Position numbers and translations under genes: made by a program. A DNA stretch of 41,848 nucleotides, taken from positions 1 through 41,848 of the forward strand of contig CAZVCM010000001.1 in the NCBI GenBank assembly GCA_964626105.1, given 5' to 3'. The notes below the pieces were generated by a model. The model saw only the letters and a list, made by a program, of their open reading frames with translations. It did no database searches and was not told the DNA's origin. The stretch's first letter is position 1. Every line of letters starts with the position of its first letter. Below are positions 32,916-41,848 of this stretch, piece by piece. Origin of the DNA: an uncultured Thermoflexus sp. GTDB taxonomy: Bacteria; Chloroflexota; Anaerolineae; Aggregatilineales; Aggregatilineaceae.

Positions 32916-33745
32916 GCGAGCCGATGACCCCTCTTGTTCCGGATGGTGTTCAGCCGGTGCTCGAAGCGCGTCGCGTCACCAAGCGCTTCGGCGGGCTGAT
33001 CGCGGTAGGCGATCTGAGTACGGTTGTCTGCCCGAGCCAGATCGCGAGCGTGATCGGCCCCAACGGCGCGGGCAAGACGACCTTCTTCAACTGCATCAGC
33101 GGCTTTTATACGCCCGAAGAAGGCGAGATCCTCTTCCGGGGGCGCCCGATCCAGGGCCTGCGCCCGGATCAGATCACCGCGCTGGGGATCGCGCGGACGT
33201 ACCAGAACATTCACCTATTCGCGGGTATGACGGCGCTCGAAAACGTGCTGGTCGGGATTCACTCGAATCTGCGCGCGACGCCGTTGGGCGCGATGCTCAA
33301 TATGCCGCTGACGCAGCAGGAAGAGGAAGCGGCGCTCGTCAAGGCGTATGAGCTGTTGCACTTTGTCGACCTGGACGCCAACGCGGATACGCTGGCGACC
33401 AATCTCGCTTATGGCAACCAGCGCCGCCTGGAGAGCGCCCGCGCGCTGGCAAGCGACCCGCACCTGCTGCTGCTCGACGAGCCGACCGCCGGGATGAACC
33501 CGCAGGAAACGGACGAGACGATGAACTTCATCCGCCGCCTGCGTGACGAGCGCGATCTGACGATTTTGCTGATTGAACATGATATGCACCTGGTGATGTC
33601 GATCTCCGATCAGGTGACGGTGCTGGACTATGGGCGCAAGATTTCTGAAGGCACGCCTGATCAGGTTCAGCGCGATCCGCTGGTAATCGAGGCGTATCTT
33701 GGCGCACCAGCGGACGATCTGAGCGGGTTCCGGGACGGGGATTAA
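32912..33745 (+). CDS. livG: Branched-chain amino acid ABC transporter ATP-binding protein LivG-like
   Basis: Walker A is GPNGAGKTT. The LivG-typical insertion precedes the signature YGNQRRLE. Walker B is LLLLDEPTAGM. The start overlaps the upstream stop (ATGA). Confidence 0.88.
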   Translation: MSEPMTPLVPDGVQPVLEARRVTKRFGGLIAVGDLSTVVCPSQIASVIGPNGAGKTTFFNCISGFYTPEEGEILFRGRPIQGLRPDQITALGIARTYQNIHLFAGMTALENVLVGIHSNLRATPLGAMLNMPLTQQEEEAALVKAYELLHFVDLDANADTLATNLAYGNQRRLESARALASDPHLLLLDEPTAGMNPQETDETMNFIRRLRDERDLTILLIEHDMHLVMSISDQVTVLDYGRKISEGTPDQVQRDPLVIEAYLGAPADDLSGFRDGD

Positions 33746-33765
33746 CGCGGGCGAAGGACGCACGT

Positions 33766-34479
33766 ATGGCACTTCTCGAAGTGGACAATCTTCACGCGTA
33801 CTACGGGAAAATCCACGCGTTGAAAGGGATTTCGCTGACCGTTGAGGCGGGCGAGATCGTGACGCTGATCGGCGGCAACGGCGCGGGCAAAACCACCACG
33901 CTCAACGCGATCTGCGGGATTGTGCGGGCGGGCGCGGGGCGCGTGGCCCTTGCGGATGAGGACATCACGCTGCTGTCGCCGCACAAGATCGTCGAGCGCG
34001 GAATCGTCCAGTCACCCGAGGGACGCAAAATCTTCCAGCGCCTGACCGTGCTCGAAAATCTGGAAATGGGCGCGTACACGCGCAGCGATCCGCACGGCAT
34101 CGCCCGCGATCTCGAATTCGTCTTCAATACGTTCCCGCGCTTGCGGGAGCGTCAGAACCAGCTTGGCGGCACGCTCTCCGGCGGGGAGCAGCAGATGCTG
34201 GCGATCGGGCGCGCGCTCATGGCGCGACCGCGCGTGCTGCTGCTTGACGAGCCATCGATGGGGCTTGCGCCGCTGCTGGTGCGCGATATCTTCCGCGTGA
34301 TCGAATACCTCAACAAGCACGAGACGACGATTCTGCTGGTTGAGCAGAACGCGCTGATGGCGCTGGGCGTTGCCCATCGCGGCTATGTGCTGCAAACCGG
34401 CAAGATTATCCTGTCTGACACGGCTGAGGCGCTGCGCCAGAACTCGATGGTGCGCGCCGCTTATCTGGGCGAGCATTAG
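33766..34479 (+). CDS. livF: Branched-chain amino acid ABC transporter ATP-binding protein LivF-like
   Basis: Walker A is GGNGAGKTT, the signature is LSGGEQQML, and Walker B is VLLLDEPSMGL. Confidence 0.88.
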   Translation: MALLEVDNLHAYYGKIHALKGISLTVEAGEIVTLIGGNGAGKTTTLNAICGIVRAGAGRVALADEDITLLSPHKIVERGIVQSPEGRKIFQRLTVLENLEMGAYTRSDPHGIARDLEFVFNTFPRLRERQNQLGGTLSGGEQQMLAIGRALMARPRVLLLDEPSMGLAPLLVRDIFRVIEYLNKHETTILLVEQNALMALGVAHRGYVLQTGKIILSDTAEALRQNSMVRAAYLGEH

Positions 34480-34490
34480 GGGGCGCGGGC

Positions 34491-35027
34491 ATGAGAACGC
34501 GACATGGGATGCGGTTTTTCGGTCTGCTGGCGCTGCTGCTCGTCGCCGGCGCCGCGCTGACCGCCTGCGGCGCGACACCCTCTGCCCAGGCGGACGACCT
34601 CGCCCGCTTTGTGCCGGAGCGATACAACGACTGGCAGCGCGATGATCGGGACACGGTCCGCCTGCGCTCCAACACGATCCTCAACACCGGTCACGTCACA
34701 ATGATCTACGAGGGTCCGGACGACGCGATCGCCTACATCGTGATTGAGGTCCACCCCACCGAGGACGCCGCGCAGGTCGCCGCGACCACCCGCTTGCGGG
34801 AGTGGCACACGCAGGGGCTGGCGCTCGACGCCAACCGCGCGCCGCAGCAGGTCACCGCCGATGTGGCGCAGAGCGATCGCGTGCGTTACGCGCTGCTGCG
34901 CGAGGGCAACACCGTGATCGAGATTGACGCGATCGCTGCCGAGGGAGAAGCGCCGATCAGTGATGAGGCGTTCGAGGACCTGCTGTTCATGGTGCGCAAC
35001 GCGTTTGTGCGTGTGGCGGAAAGCTAA
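34491..35027 (+). CDS. Hypothetical lipoprotein
   Basis: The signal peptide has lipobox LLVAGAALTACG. It lies 11 nt downstream of livF. No family was recognised. Confidence 0.5.
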   Translation: MRTRHGMRFFGLLALLLVAGAALTACGATPSAQADDLARFVPERYNDWQRDDRDTVRLRSNTILNTGHVTMIYEGPDDAIAYIVIEVHPTEDAAQVAATTRLREWHTQGLALDANRAPQQVTADVAQSDRVRYALLREGNTVIEIDAIAAEGEAPISDEAFEDLLFMVRNAFVRVAES

Positions 35028-35069
35028 GTAACAGCCGAAAGGTGTAAGCCGCTTTCGTCGGCGCCAGCA

Positions 35070-35132
35070 CCTCACCCCTGGCCCCGCCCCATTCAATGGA
35101 GCAGGGAAGGGGCCGGGAATTAAGGGGTGAGG
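35070..35132. repeat. GC-rich imperfect palindromic (REP/MITE-like) element between convergent genes
   Basis: CCTCACCCCT (35070-35079) pairs with AGGGGTGAGG (35123-35132), and GGCCCC (35080-35085) with GGGGCC (35109-35114). It shares the words cctcacccct and aaggggccggg with the element at 40767-40954. Confidence 0.5.
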
Positions 35133-35193
35133 TTTCTCCGGCTAGCGCCGTGTATGCCAGCCCAACTCGACAGACTACTTACCTGCGCTCCGC

Positions 35194-37632
35194 TTACTGC
35201 ATCACTTCAAGCGTCCAACCCTCGCGGACCGGGCGTGCGCCGAGCGAAATCGTCAGCAGCGCGGTGTCCGCGTCCCAGGTCCACGCGTCCGCGTCAAGCG
35301 CCGCGCCATCGAGCGCGACCCCGCGCGGCTGCTGCGCAAACCGCACGCGTACCGTGAAACGCCGTGTCTCCGGCATCCCCTTGTACCCACCGGTGATCGG
35401 TTCGGCGCGCAGGCGCAGCGTGTCGTCGCCGGCAGTGTAGTGCAGCGGCAGGCGCGAGAAGCCCCCGGTCCGGTAGTCCATCGTGCGCCCGTCATCCTCG
35501 TACAGCGCCAGCGAGTCGCTTGTCGTCGTGCCAGGCGCGTTCGGGAACAGGTCGATGAGCAGTTCGTCCGGCACCGGCTGCGGCGAGCGCGGCGTTGGCG
35601 CCTGGCGCGGCAGAATGCTCCCTGCGCGGCTGTAAAGCGGGATCTGCGAGAGGGCGACGTGCGTTGTCAACGTGCGGCTTCCGGCGAATAGCGGCTCGCC
35701 GCCACCTGCGTGCGTGCCTTTTGGCAGCCACGCCCACCAATGCCCGGCGGGCAGATACACCTCGCGCAGCCCGCCTGACTCGACGATTGGCGCAACGAGC
35801 AAGCGATCGCCCAGCAGATATTCGTCCAGCCGGGTGTACGCCGCGTCGTCCTCGGGATAGTGCAGGTACAGCGGGCGGCAGATTGGCAGGCCGCGCTGGT
35901 AGGCTTCCGCGCCGAGGTGGTAGAAGTACGGTTGCAGGCTCATGCGCAGGTGGGTAATCTCGCGGAAGGCGTCGACAAATACCGGCCCGTAGACCCATGG
36001 CTCGCGCACGTTACCGTACGTGCTGTGCACGCGCGCGATTGGCGAGAGCATCCCGAACTGCACCCAGCGGATGTACAGCTCCGGGTCCATCGGCATCCCC
36101 GTTTGCGGCACCTCGAAGCCAAACATATGCCCGCCGAGGTCGTGGCTCCAGTACACCTGCCCGACGTTACCCGCCCGCGCCGTGAACTCGACCTCGTGCT
36201 CCAGCGTGCCCCAGTCCGCGACCGTGTCGCCCGCGAACCCGACCGGATAGCGGTGCGCGCCCAGCCCGCCATAGCGACTGAAGATCAGCGGGCGCTCGTC
36301 GGGGCGGCGCTCGGCCACGTCGCGATAAAACACGTGGTTCGTCCATAGCTGGTTGTTCATGCCGGGCGTGTCGCCGTTCTGCCCATCGAGCCACAGAAAG
36401 TCCGTACCGTCCTCATAGAGCGGCCCGATCAGGTGATCGAACACCGCGCGCGCTTCGTCCGGCTTGCCGAGGTCAAACGGCCACAGATCATTGTGCGTTC
36501 CGGTGACCTGGTTGGTGGGCGTGCCCGCGTCCGGCACGGCGTACGCTTCAATCTGCGCGGAGAAGTCCTGCCCCAACGCCTGCCCGATCTCCGGCAGGCA
36601 GCGCGTGTCCCACGGCGCGCCGTCGAGGTGCAGGTTGAGCGTGACGCGTACGCCCTGCTCGTGCAGCCAATCCAGCGCGGCGCGCGGCTCAGGGAACAGC
36701 ACCGGGTTCCATTCGAAGCCGCACCAGTGCGACGGGTAATGCCACTGCATATCCATCACGTAGACGTCGAGCGGCAGGTCCAGCTCGTTATGTTTCTCGA
36801 CGCGGGCACGCTGCTCCTCGTCGCCGACATCGGCCCAATAGCTGTACCAGTAGCCGAACGCCCAGCGCGGGATTAGCGGGATGCGCCCGCAAAGCGTGAC
36901 AAAGTCTTCAAGCGCGCGCGCATAATCGTGCCCGTAAGCGAAGAAATACCAGTCTTGCGCGCCGGGCGGTGGCGGCCCTGCCTGCCAGTCTGTCTCCGGA
37001 TCGAGCCGCGCCGAGCGGCTGTCGTTCAGCACGAAATACCCGGCCCGGCTGAGCACACCCGCCGGATAGCGCAGCCGTTTCTCGAAGATCTGGCGCCCCT
37101 CTTCGCTCAGCTCGTCCCAGTGATGGCGCGCGGTGCGCCCTGTCATCGGGCGGATCAGTGGATAGCGCCCGCCTTGCGTCTGGCGCAGATCGTCTTGCAG
37201 GACGGTGAGCAGCTTCCAGGGGTTGTAGAGCAGCTCGGCTTCGATCAGGTCTTCATCCAGCCCGGCGGGATGCACGCCCCGCGCGACGAGGTCCTGGTTG
37301 ATGTTGTCCATGCTGAAAAACGTGCCGCCCAGGTTCGCGGCATCCTTGACACTGGGGTCCCACACGCCAGAAAGCCCGCCCGCCGCCCATTCCACGCGCA
37401 GCGTTTCCGGTGTGAACGGCTCCCCGGCGCGGTAAGTGATGGTGAAGTGGTCGCTCGAAAGCTCGGTCCCGCCATCAGTCTGGCGGACATCCTCGAAGGG
37501 GATCGCGTTCGGGCGCGAGTAGACGCGCATCGAGCGGCGATCGTCAAAGGGTGCGTATTGCAGGCGCAGGAGATGAGGCGTCAGCAGGCTGAAACGGGCG
37601 CTGCCGACGGTCACACTGTGTCGCGTTGGCAT
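35194..37632 (-). CDS. Glycoside hydrolase family 31 (alpha-glucosidase/alpha-xylosidase-like)
   Basis: GH31 catalytic-region motifs are DFLWLDGQNG (nucleophile region) and VYWSHDLGGH (acid/base region). The start is taken at ATG 37632 (MPTRHS); the ORF opens at 37686. Confidence 0.82.
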   Translation of the reverse strand: MPTRHSVTVGSARFSLLTPHLLRLQYAPFDDRRSMRVYSRPNAIPFEDVRQTDGGTELSSDHFTITYRAGEPFTPETLRVEWAAGGLSGVWDPSVKDAANLGGTFFSMDNINQDLVARGVHPAGLDEDLIEAELLYNPWKLLTVLQDDLRQTQGGRYPLIRPMTGRTARHHWDELSEEGRQIFEKRLRYPAGVLSRAGYFVLNDSRSARLDPETDWQAGPPPPGAQDWYFFAYGHDYARALEDFVTLCGRIPLIPRWAFGYWYSYWADVGDEEQRARVEKHNELDLPLDVYVMDMQWHYPSHWCGFEWNPVLFPEPRAALDWLHEQGVRVTLNLHLDGAPWDTRCLPEIGQALGQDFSAQIEAYAVPDAGTPTNQVTGTHNDLWPFDLGKPDEARAVFDHLIGPLYEDGTDFLWLDGQNGDTPGMNNQLWTNHVFYRDVAERRPDERPLIFSRYGGLGAHRYPVGFAGDTVADWGTLEHEVEFTARAGNVGQVYWSHDLGGHMFGFEVPQTGMPMDPELYIRWVQFGMLSPIARVHSTYGNVREPWVYGPVFVDAFREITHLRMSLQPYFYHLGAEAYQRGLPICRPLYLHYPEDDAAYTRLDEYLLGDRLLVAPIVESGGLREVYLPAGHWWAWLPKGTHAGGGEPLFAGSRTLTTHVALSQIPLYSRAGSILPRQAPTPRSPQPVPDELLIDLFPNAPGTTTSDSLALYEDDGRTMDYRTGGFSRLPLHYTAGDDTLRLRAEPITGGYKGMPETRRFTVRVRFAQQPRGVALDGAALDADAWTWDADTALLTISLGARPVREGWTLEVMQ

Positions 37633-37878
37633 AGAAGACTTGTCCTGTTCTGAGAAAGAGGCGATTAGCATCTCACTAAAAAACATCGAAGCGGTGGGGT
37701 TTCATTATATGCCAGTTCGCCTGTCGCAGCACACACGCGCTTTTCGTCTTTGCTCGCTAACCGCTCCCCGCTAACCGAAAACCGCTCGAATATAATCACG
37801 CGGTTGCGGGCGCGTCAAGCTGCAGCCCGCAGCCGGTGGACGTTATTGACTGAGCTAATTCGGAACGGGCGCAGCGAG

Positions 37879-38748
37879 CTACGCCGTGCTATTCGGGCCG
37901 CCCGTTGCTGCAGGATACGAGCCGAGCATCTTGACCAGCGACGCCTGCCGCAATAGCTCGACTAGCGCCGCCTCGGCGGCGGGGTCTTGCCAGTGACCCT
38001 CGAAATCGAGATAGAACCAGTACTGCCACGGTCGCCCGCGCATCGGGCGCGACTCGATCTTGGTGAGGTTGATGCCGCGATTGGCGAACGCGTTCAGGCA
38101 GTGGACGAGCGCGCCCGGCCCGTGCCGCACGGCGAAGACGAGCGAGGTCTTGCTCGGGTCGCGGCGTGGCGCGTCGGTGGGGCCGATCACGAAGAAGCGT
38201 GTTGAGTTGCTCGGATCGTCCTCGATCCCGCGCTCTAGCACGGTTAAGTCGTATAGCTCGCCCGCGAGCGCGCTGGCGATTACGGCGGTGTGCGGCTCCG
38301 GGTTGGCTGCCAGCTCGCGCGCGGCGCCCGCCGTGTCGTACCACGCGACCGGCTCCCACCCCCGGCGGCGCAGCGTATCGGCGCACTGGGCCAGCGCCTG
38401 CGGGTGAGAGCGCACGGTGCGTACGTCTTTCAGGGACGTGCCCGGCGGCGCCAGCAGGCAGTGACGCACCGGTAGGATATGCTCGCCCTGCACGCGGAAG
38501 TCATGCTCCATCAGCAGTTCATAGGCTTGCGCGACCGTCCCCGCGAGCGCGTTTTCGACCGGCAGCATCCCACAGCTCGCCTGACCGCTTTTAATCGCCT
38601 CGAAGATCGCCGCGAACGATTCGCATGGCAGCGCCTCGACCTCCGGCCCGAAATGGCAGCGGATCGCTTCCTCTGAATATGCGCCGCGCTCGCCCTGAAA
38701 GGCGATGACTGGTTCGACCAATGGAGCCTCCGTTTGTGCAGTGTTCAT
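37879..38748 (-). CDS. pheA: Prephenate dehydratase (PDT plus ACT domains)
   Basis: [14 protein letters not shown] is present, as is the ACT region [38 protein letters not shown] 38748 overlaps the aroQ stop (ATGA). Confidence 0.85.
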   Translation of the reverse strand: MNTAQTEAPLVEPVIAFQGERGAYSEEAIRCHFGPEVEALPCESFAAIFEAIKSGQASCGMLPVENALAGTVAQAYELLMEHDFRVQGEHILPVRHCLLAPPGTSLKDVRTVRSHPQALAQCADTLRRRGWEPVAWYDTAGAARELAANPEPHTAVIASALAGELYDLTVLERGIEDDPSNSTRFFVIGPTDAPRRDPSKTSLVFAVRHGPGALVHCLNAFANRGINLTKIESRPMRGRPWQYWFYLDFEGHWQDPAAEAALVELLRQASLVKMLGSYPAATGGPNSTA

Positions 38749-39185
38749 GGTGAATCCGCGCCGCGCGCCAACAATGCTTCGAGCGCCAGTTGGTAGCCGA
38801 TCCAGCCCAACCCGCAAATCTGTCCAACACAGACTGGCGCGATCAGGGATGTGTTGCGGTACGACTCGCGCGCGTGAATGTTGCTCAGGTGGACTTCGAT
38901 CGCGGGCAGGCCGACCGCGCTGATTGCATCGCGCAGAGCGACGCTGGTGTGCGTGTAGCCGCCGGGATTGAGGATGATCGCGTCGGCCCAGGCGCGCGCC
39001 TCGTGCAGCGCGTCGATCAGCGCGCCCTCGTGGTTGCTTTGCAGCGTGCGAACCTCAGCACCCCGTTCGGCGGCATATGCGTGCAGCCGCGTGTCGATCT
39101 CATCGAGCGTCACACGCCCATAGACATCTGGCTCTCGCGTGCCGAGCAGGTTCAGGTTGGGGCCGTGCAGCACCAGAATCTTCAT
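38745..39185 (-). CDS. aroQ: Type II 3-dehydroquinate dehydratase
   Basis: The sequence reads [23 protein letters not shown] ... [11 protein letters not shown] ... [21 protein letters not shown] 39185 overlaps the aroB stop (ATGA). The ORF-track start at 39323 lies inside aroB. Confidence 0.9.
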   Translation of the reverse strand: MKILVLHGPNLNLLGTREPDVYGRVTLDEIDTRLHAYAAERGAEVRTLQSNHEGALIDALHEARAWADAIILNPGGYTHTSVALRDAISAVGLPAIEVHLSNIHARESYRNTSLIAPVCVGQICGLGWIGYQLALEALLARGADSP

Positions 39186-40240
39186 GCGCGCAACTCCTTC
39201 AGCACCGCCAGCGCGTCGCCTGCCGCGACGTTCCGCTCCACACGCGGGCGACCCACGCCTTCGAGCAGGACGAAGGTCGCCGCGCCGCCGCGCCATTTCT
39301 TGTCGTGCGCCATCGCCGCCCACAGGTCAGCAGGGTCAAGCTCCCGGTAGCGCGTGGGGAGTTCCAGCCTGTGGAGCGCGTTTTCCACTTGCTCGCTCAG
39401 TCCAGGCGCGGCGAGTCCTAGCCGCTCCGAGAGCCGCGCCGCGCCCGCCAGCCCGACGGCGACTGCCTCGCCGTGTTTCCACGCGTAGCCGCTGACTTGC
39501 TCGATGGCGTGCGCGAAGGTATGCCCCAGGTTAAGGAAGGCGCGCACGCCCTGTTCGGTGCGGTCCTGGTTGACCAGCGCGATCTTGACCTGAGCGGTGC
39601 GGGCGATAATCTCCTCGTCGGGCGGCAGCGGGTCGCCGGATAGCTCGTCCAGCAGCGCGGGGTCCGCAATCAGCGCGGATTTGACGACTTCCGCCAGCCC
39701 GCAGCGGCGCTCGACCGCTGGTAGCGTTTTCAGCGCGTCCGTGTCCGCAAATACGGCCAGCGGGTCTTTGAACGCCCCGGCGAGGTTCTTCCCCTGCGGC
39801 AGATCGACGCCGACCTTGCCGCCGATGCTGGCGTCGACCATCGCCAGCAGGCTAGTCGGCGCCTGGACGAGCGCGATCCCGCGCATAAACGTCGCCGCCG
39901 CGAAGCCCGCCATGTCACCAATCACGCCGCCGCCGAGCGCGATCACCAGCCCGGAGCGGTCCACGCCTGCCGCCAGAAGCTCGCGGTAGAGGCGGGCGAG
40001 GGTGTGCAGGTTCTTGTATTGCTCGCCGTCCGGCACAGTGATCAGGCACGCGTCCGGCAAACGGTCTGCCAGCGTCACGCCATACAGCGGCGCGAGGCGC
40101 GTGTTGGTGATGATCGCCACGCGTGAAAACGCGCCGCGCGCCACGAACGCAGGCAGCGCCGCGCTCAGCGCGCCCGGCCCGACGAAGACCGGGTACTCAT
40201 GTTCCGCGCCGCTCACAGTTAGCTCGCGAAGGTCTGCCAC
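39182..40240 (-). CDS. aroB: 3-dehydroquinate synthase
   Basis: 352 aa. Motifs seen are [45 protein letters not shown] and HGEAVAVG. Confidence 0.9.
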   Translation of the reverse strand: MADLRELTVSGAEHEYPVFVGPGALSAALPAFVARGAFSRVAIITNTRLAPLYGVTLADRLPDACLITVPDGEQYKNLHTLARLYRELLAAGVDRSGLVIALGGGVIGDMAGFAAATFMRGIALVQAPTSLLAMVDASIGGKVGVDLPQGKNLAGAFKDPLAVFADTDALKTLPAVERRCGLAEVVKSALIADPALLDELSGDPLPPDEEIIARTAQVKIALVNQDRTEQGVRAFLNLGHTFAHAIEQVSGYAWKHGEAVAVGLAGAARLSERLGLAAPGLSEQVENALHRLELPTRYRELDPADLWAAMAHDKKWRGGAATFVLLEGVGRPRVERNVAAGDALAVLKELRA

Positions 40241-40842
40241 AGCCTCACAATCTCCTCGGCAACCGCTTCGGGCGATCGCCCGGTCGTCTCCACCTGATGC
40301 GGCAGCGCGTCATAAAGCGGGGCGCGCGCCGCGAGCAAGTCGCCCAATCGCTCGCGATCGCCACTGAACAACGGGCGATCCGCGCCCGCGCCGAGACGCC
40401 GCAGAATCGTGTCCAGGTCTGCGCGCAGGCAGATCACCAGCCCGCGCGCCAGAAACGCCGCCCGCGTTTCCGCGTCGAGCAGCGCGCCGCCGCCGGTGGC
40501 GATCACATGCCGCTCCAACTGCGCGGCGCGGGCGCAAGCGTCGCGCTCCATCTGGCGGAAGGCGGCCTCGCCGTGCTGCGCGAAAATCTCCGCGATCGGC
40601 TGCCCGGCGTCGCGCTCGATCCACGCATCCGTGTCCACAAACGGCCAGCCCATCCGCGCCGCGACGATCTGCCCAACCGTCGATTTGCCGGTGCCCATAA
40701 AGCCGGTTAGCACGATAATCCGGGGCGGCGCGCCGGACTGATGCGCGCTGCGCTCGCCAGGGTCAACCTCACCCCTTACCCCTCGGCCCCTTATCCAGGG
40801 ATGAGGTTCGGCATGTCGGTCCGTTTCCGGCTCACCTCCCAT
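40219..40842 (-). CDS. aroK: Shikimate kinase (start uncertain)
   Basis: IIVLTGFMGTGKSTVGQIVAARMGWPFVDTDAWIE is the Walker A plus shikimate-binding region. Start candidates are ATG 40842 and GTG 40713. Sequence upstream of about 40740 is repeat-derived (see 40767-40954), so the shorter form may be the real one. The stop at 40219 overlaps aroB. Confidence 0.8.
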   Translation of the reverse strand: MGGEPETDRHAEPHPWIRGRGVRGEVDPGERSAHQSGAPPRIIVLTGFMGTGKSTVGQIVAARMGWPFVDTDAWIERDAGQPIAEIFAQHGEAAFRQMERDACARAAQLERHVIATGGGALLDAETRAAFLARGLVICLRADLDTILRRLGAGADRPLFSGDRERLGDLLAARAPLYDALPHQVETTGRSPEAVAEEIVRLWQTFAS

Positions 40843-40954
40843 CTTTCCGAGCTTCGCTCGGCCTTCCTTCCCCCACAGGGAGGGAAGGAAAAGAGCAGAA
40901 TTGACTCCCCTTCTCTCCCTGTGGGGGCAAGGGGCCGGGGGATGGGGGGATATT
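40767..40954. repeat. Nested inverted-repeat (MITE/REP-like) element between aroC and aroK
   Basis: The outer arms are cctcaccccttacccctcggcccctt (40767-40792) and aaggggccgggggatggggggatatt (40929-40954). They are imperfect reverse complements. Inner palindromes are CTTCCTTCCC/GGGAAGGAA and CCCCACAGGGA/TCCCTGTGGGG. Confidence 0.5.
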
Positions 40955-40978
40955 CCCAGCGTAAATCCATAATACGCG

Positions 40979-41848
40979 CTAGAGCCAATCGTCATAGCCG
41001 AACCGCCAGGGCGTGTTGTCCATCGGTAGCGCGTCGACGTTCGCCTGCCGCAGCGCCTCGAAGCGCGGGCGCAGCTCGTCCAGGCTGTCGCCGCCCAGCT
41101 TGCGGAGCAGCTCGTCCGCTAGCACGACCGCGACCATCGCCTCGATCACGACCACGGCGCGCGGCGTAGCGCAGAAGTCGCTGCGCTCGTAGACGGTGTG
41201 ATCGTCCTCGCCGGTCGCCAGATTGACGGTGCCGAGCGGTGTGAGCGTGGTGCTGATCGGTTTCATGGCGGCACGCACGACTAGCGGCTCGCCGGTCGTC
41301 ATGCCGCCTTCCAGTCCGCCTGCGCGGTTCGTGGCGCGGACCAGCCGCCCCTCTTTGTCGCGCGCGATCGCGTCGTGGACCTGCGTGCCGCGCGAGCCCG
41401 CGTTCGAGAACGCGGGGCCGATCTCTGCGCCTTTGATGCTCTGCACGCTGCATACCGCCGCGACGAGGCGCCCGGTCAGGCGGCGGTCGTAGTGGACGTG
41501 CGATCCCAGGCCGGGCGGCAGGCCGAGCGCGACGACCTCAATAATCCCGCCGAGCGTGTCGCGGTCGATCTTCGCCTGGCGGATGGCCGCTTCGATCCGG
41601 TCGGACGCGTCCGGATCGGGGCAGCGCACGGGCGAGGCTTCCGCCGCCGCAAAGCGCGCCGGGTAATCAGGCGGCTCCGGCAGAGTGGCCGCCTCGCCGC
41701 CGATTGCGGTGACGTAGCCGCCAACCGTGATGCCAAATTCGCTCAGCAGCCGCTTGCAGATCGCGCCGACCGCCACGCGCGCCGCCGTCTCTCTCGCGCT
41801 GGAGCGTTCGAGCGCCAGCCGCAGATCGCGATAGCCGTACTTGATCGC
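40979..41848 (-). CDS. aroC: Chorismate synthase (C-terminal part; N-terminus lies beyond the window end)
   Basis: GGLEGGMTTGEPLVVRAAMKPISTT and ERSDFCATPRAVVVIEAM are present. The reading frame stays open to position 41848. Confidence 0.9.
   Translation of the reverse strand, partial: AIKYGYRDLRLALERSSARETAARVAVGAICKRLLSEFGITVGGYVTAIGGEAATLPEPPDYPARFAAAEASPVRCPDPDASDRIEAAIRQAKIDRDTLGGIIEVVALGLPPGLGSHVHYDRRLTGRLVAAVCSVQSIKGAEIGPAFSNAGSRGTQVHDAIARDKEGRLVRATNRAGGLEGGMTTGEPLVVRAAMKPISTTLTPLGTVNLATGEDDHTVYERSDFCATPRAVVVIEAMVAVVLADELLRKLGGDSLDELRPRFEALRQANVDALPMDNTPWRFGYDDWL

Noticed and set aside
40843-40995. The full 258-aa aroK ORF as the real protein
   Set aside because: The first 50 or so codons run through the inverted-repeat element and abut the aroC stop. 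The sequence looks like translated repeat, so the kinase probably starts at 40842 or, more likely, nearer 40713.

Overview
This is a GC-rich bacterial chromosomal window. The gene content and GC-rich palindromic repeats are reminiscent of Chloroflexota, but that is inference only, since no search could be run. Most of it is ordinary housekeeping DNA.

Gene content:
- Replication-origin-type cluster: rpmH-rnpA-yidD-[PQQ-like propeller lipoprotein]-yidC-jag, at 10.5-14.4 kb.
- Metabolic genes: a PfkB kinase, an amidohydrolase, an M23 peptidase, a fused formimidoyltransferase-cyclodeaminase, a DapA-family lyase, and an MFS / NPP-phosphodiesterase pair.
- Transporters: a sugar ABC importer (binding protein plus 2 permeases) and a five-gene Liv-type branched-chain amino acid ABC importer with unusually large permeases.
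- Others: a GH31 glycosidase and a minus-strand aromatic amino acid operon, aroC(partial)-aroK-aroB-aroQ-pheA.

Main finding (about 5.0-10.4 kb): a run of same-strand genes, of which the last five have overlapping stop and start codons. They encode a UBC-fold E2-like protein, a JAB/JAMM protein with a C-terminal second E2-like (Cys-less) domain, and a ThiF/MoeB-type E1-like adenylyltransferase. A proline-rich disordered protein and a Nudix hydrolase follow. Two tandem paralogous membrane-anchored proteins of unknown function lie just upstream. The gene order matches the E2-JAB-E1 core of bacterial ubiquitin-like (Bil-type) conjugation operons, but I could not find a beta-grasp ubiquitin-like gene. 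The JAMM motif also reads H-x-Q instead of H-x-H.

Nearby genes: an NB-ARC STAND ATPase with TPR repeats, a Trm112-like protein and a MoeB-rhodanese (MoeZ-type) second E1-like enzyme.

Other observations:
- A dispersed GC-rich hairpin/terminator repeat family.
- A nested inverted-repeat element inside the aro operon.
- An AT-rich junction at the window start that truncates a hydrolase gene.
- Long untranslated leaders upstream of both ABC operons.

No rRNA, tRNA, CRISPR array or transposase was recognised. All functional calls rest on motif recognition by eye in the supplied translations and were not confirmed by any database search.
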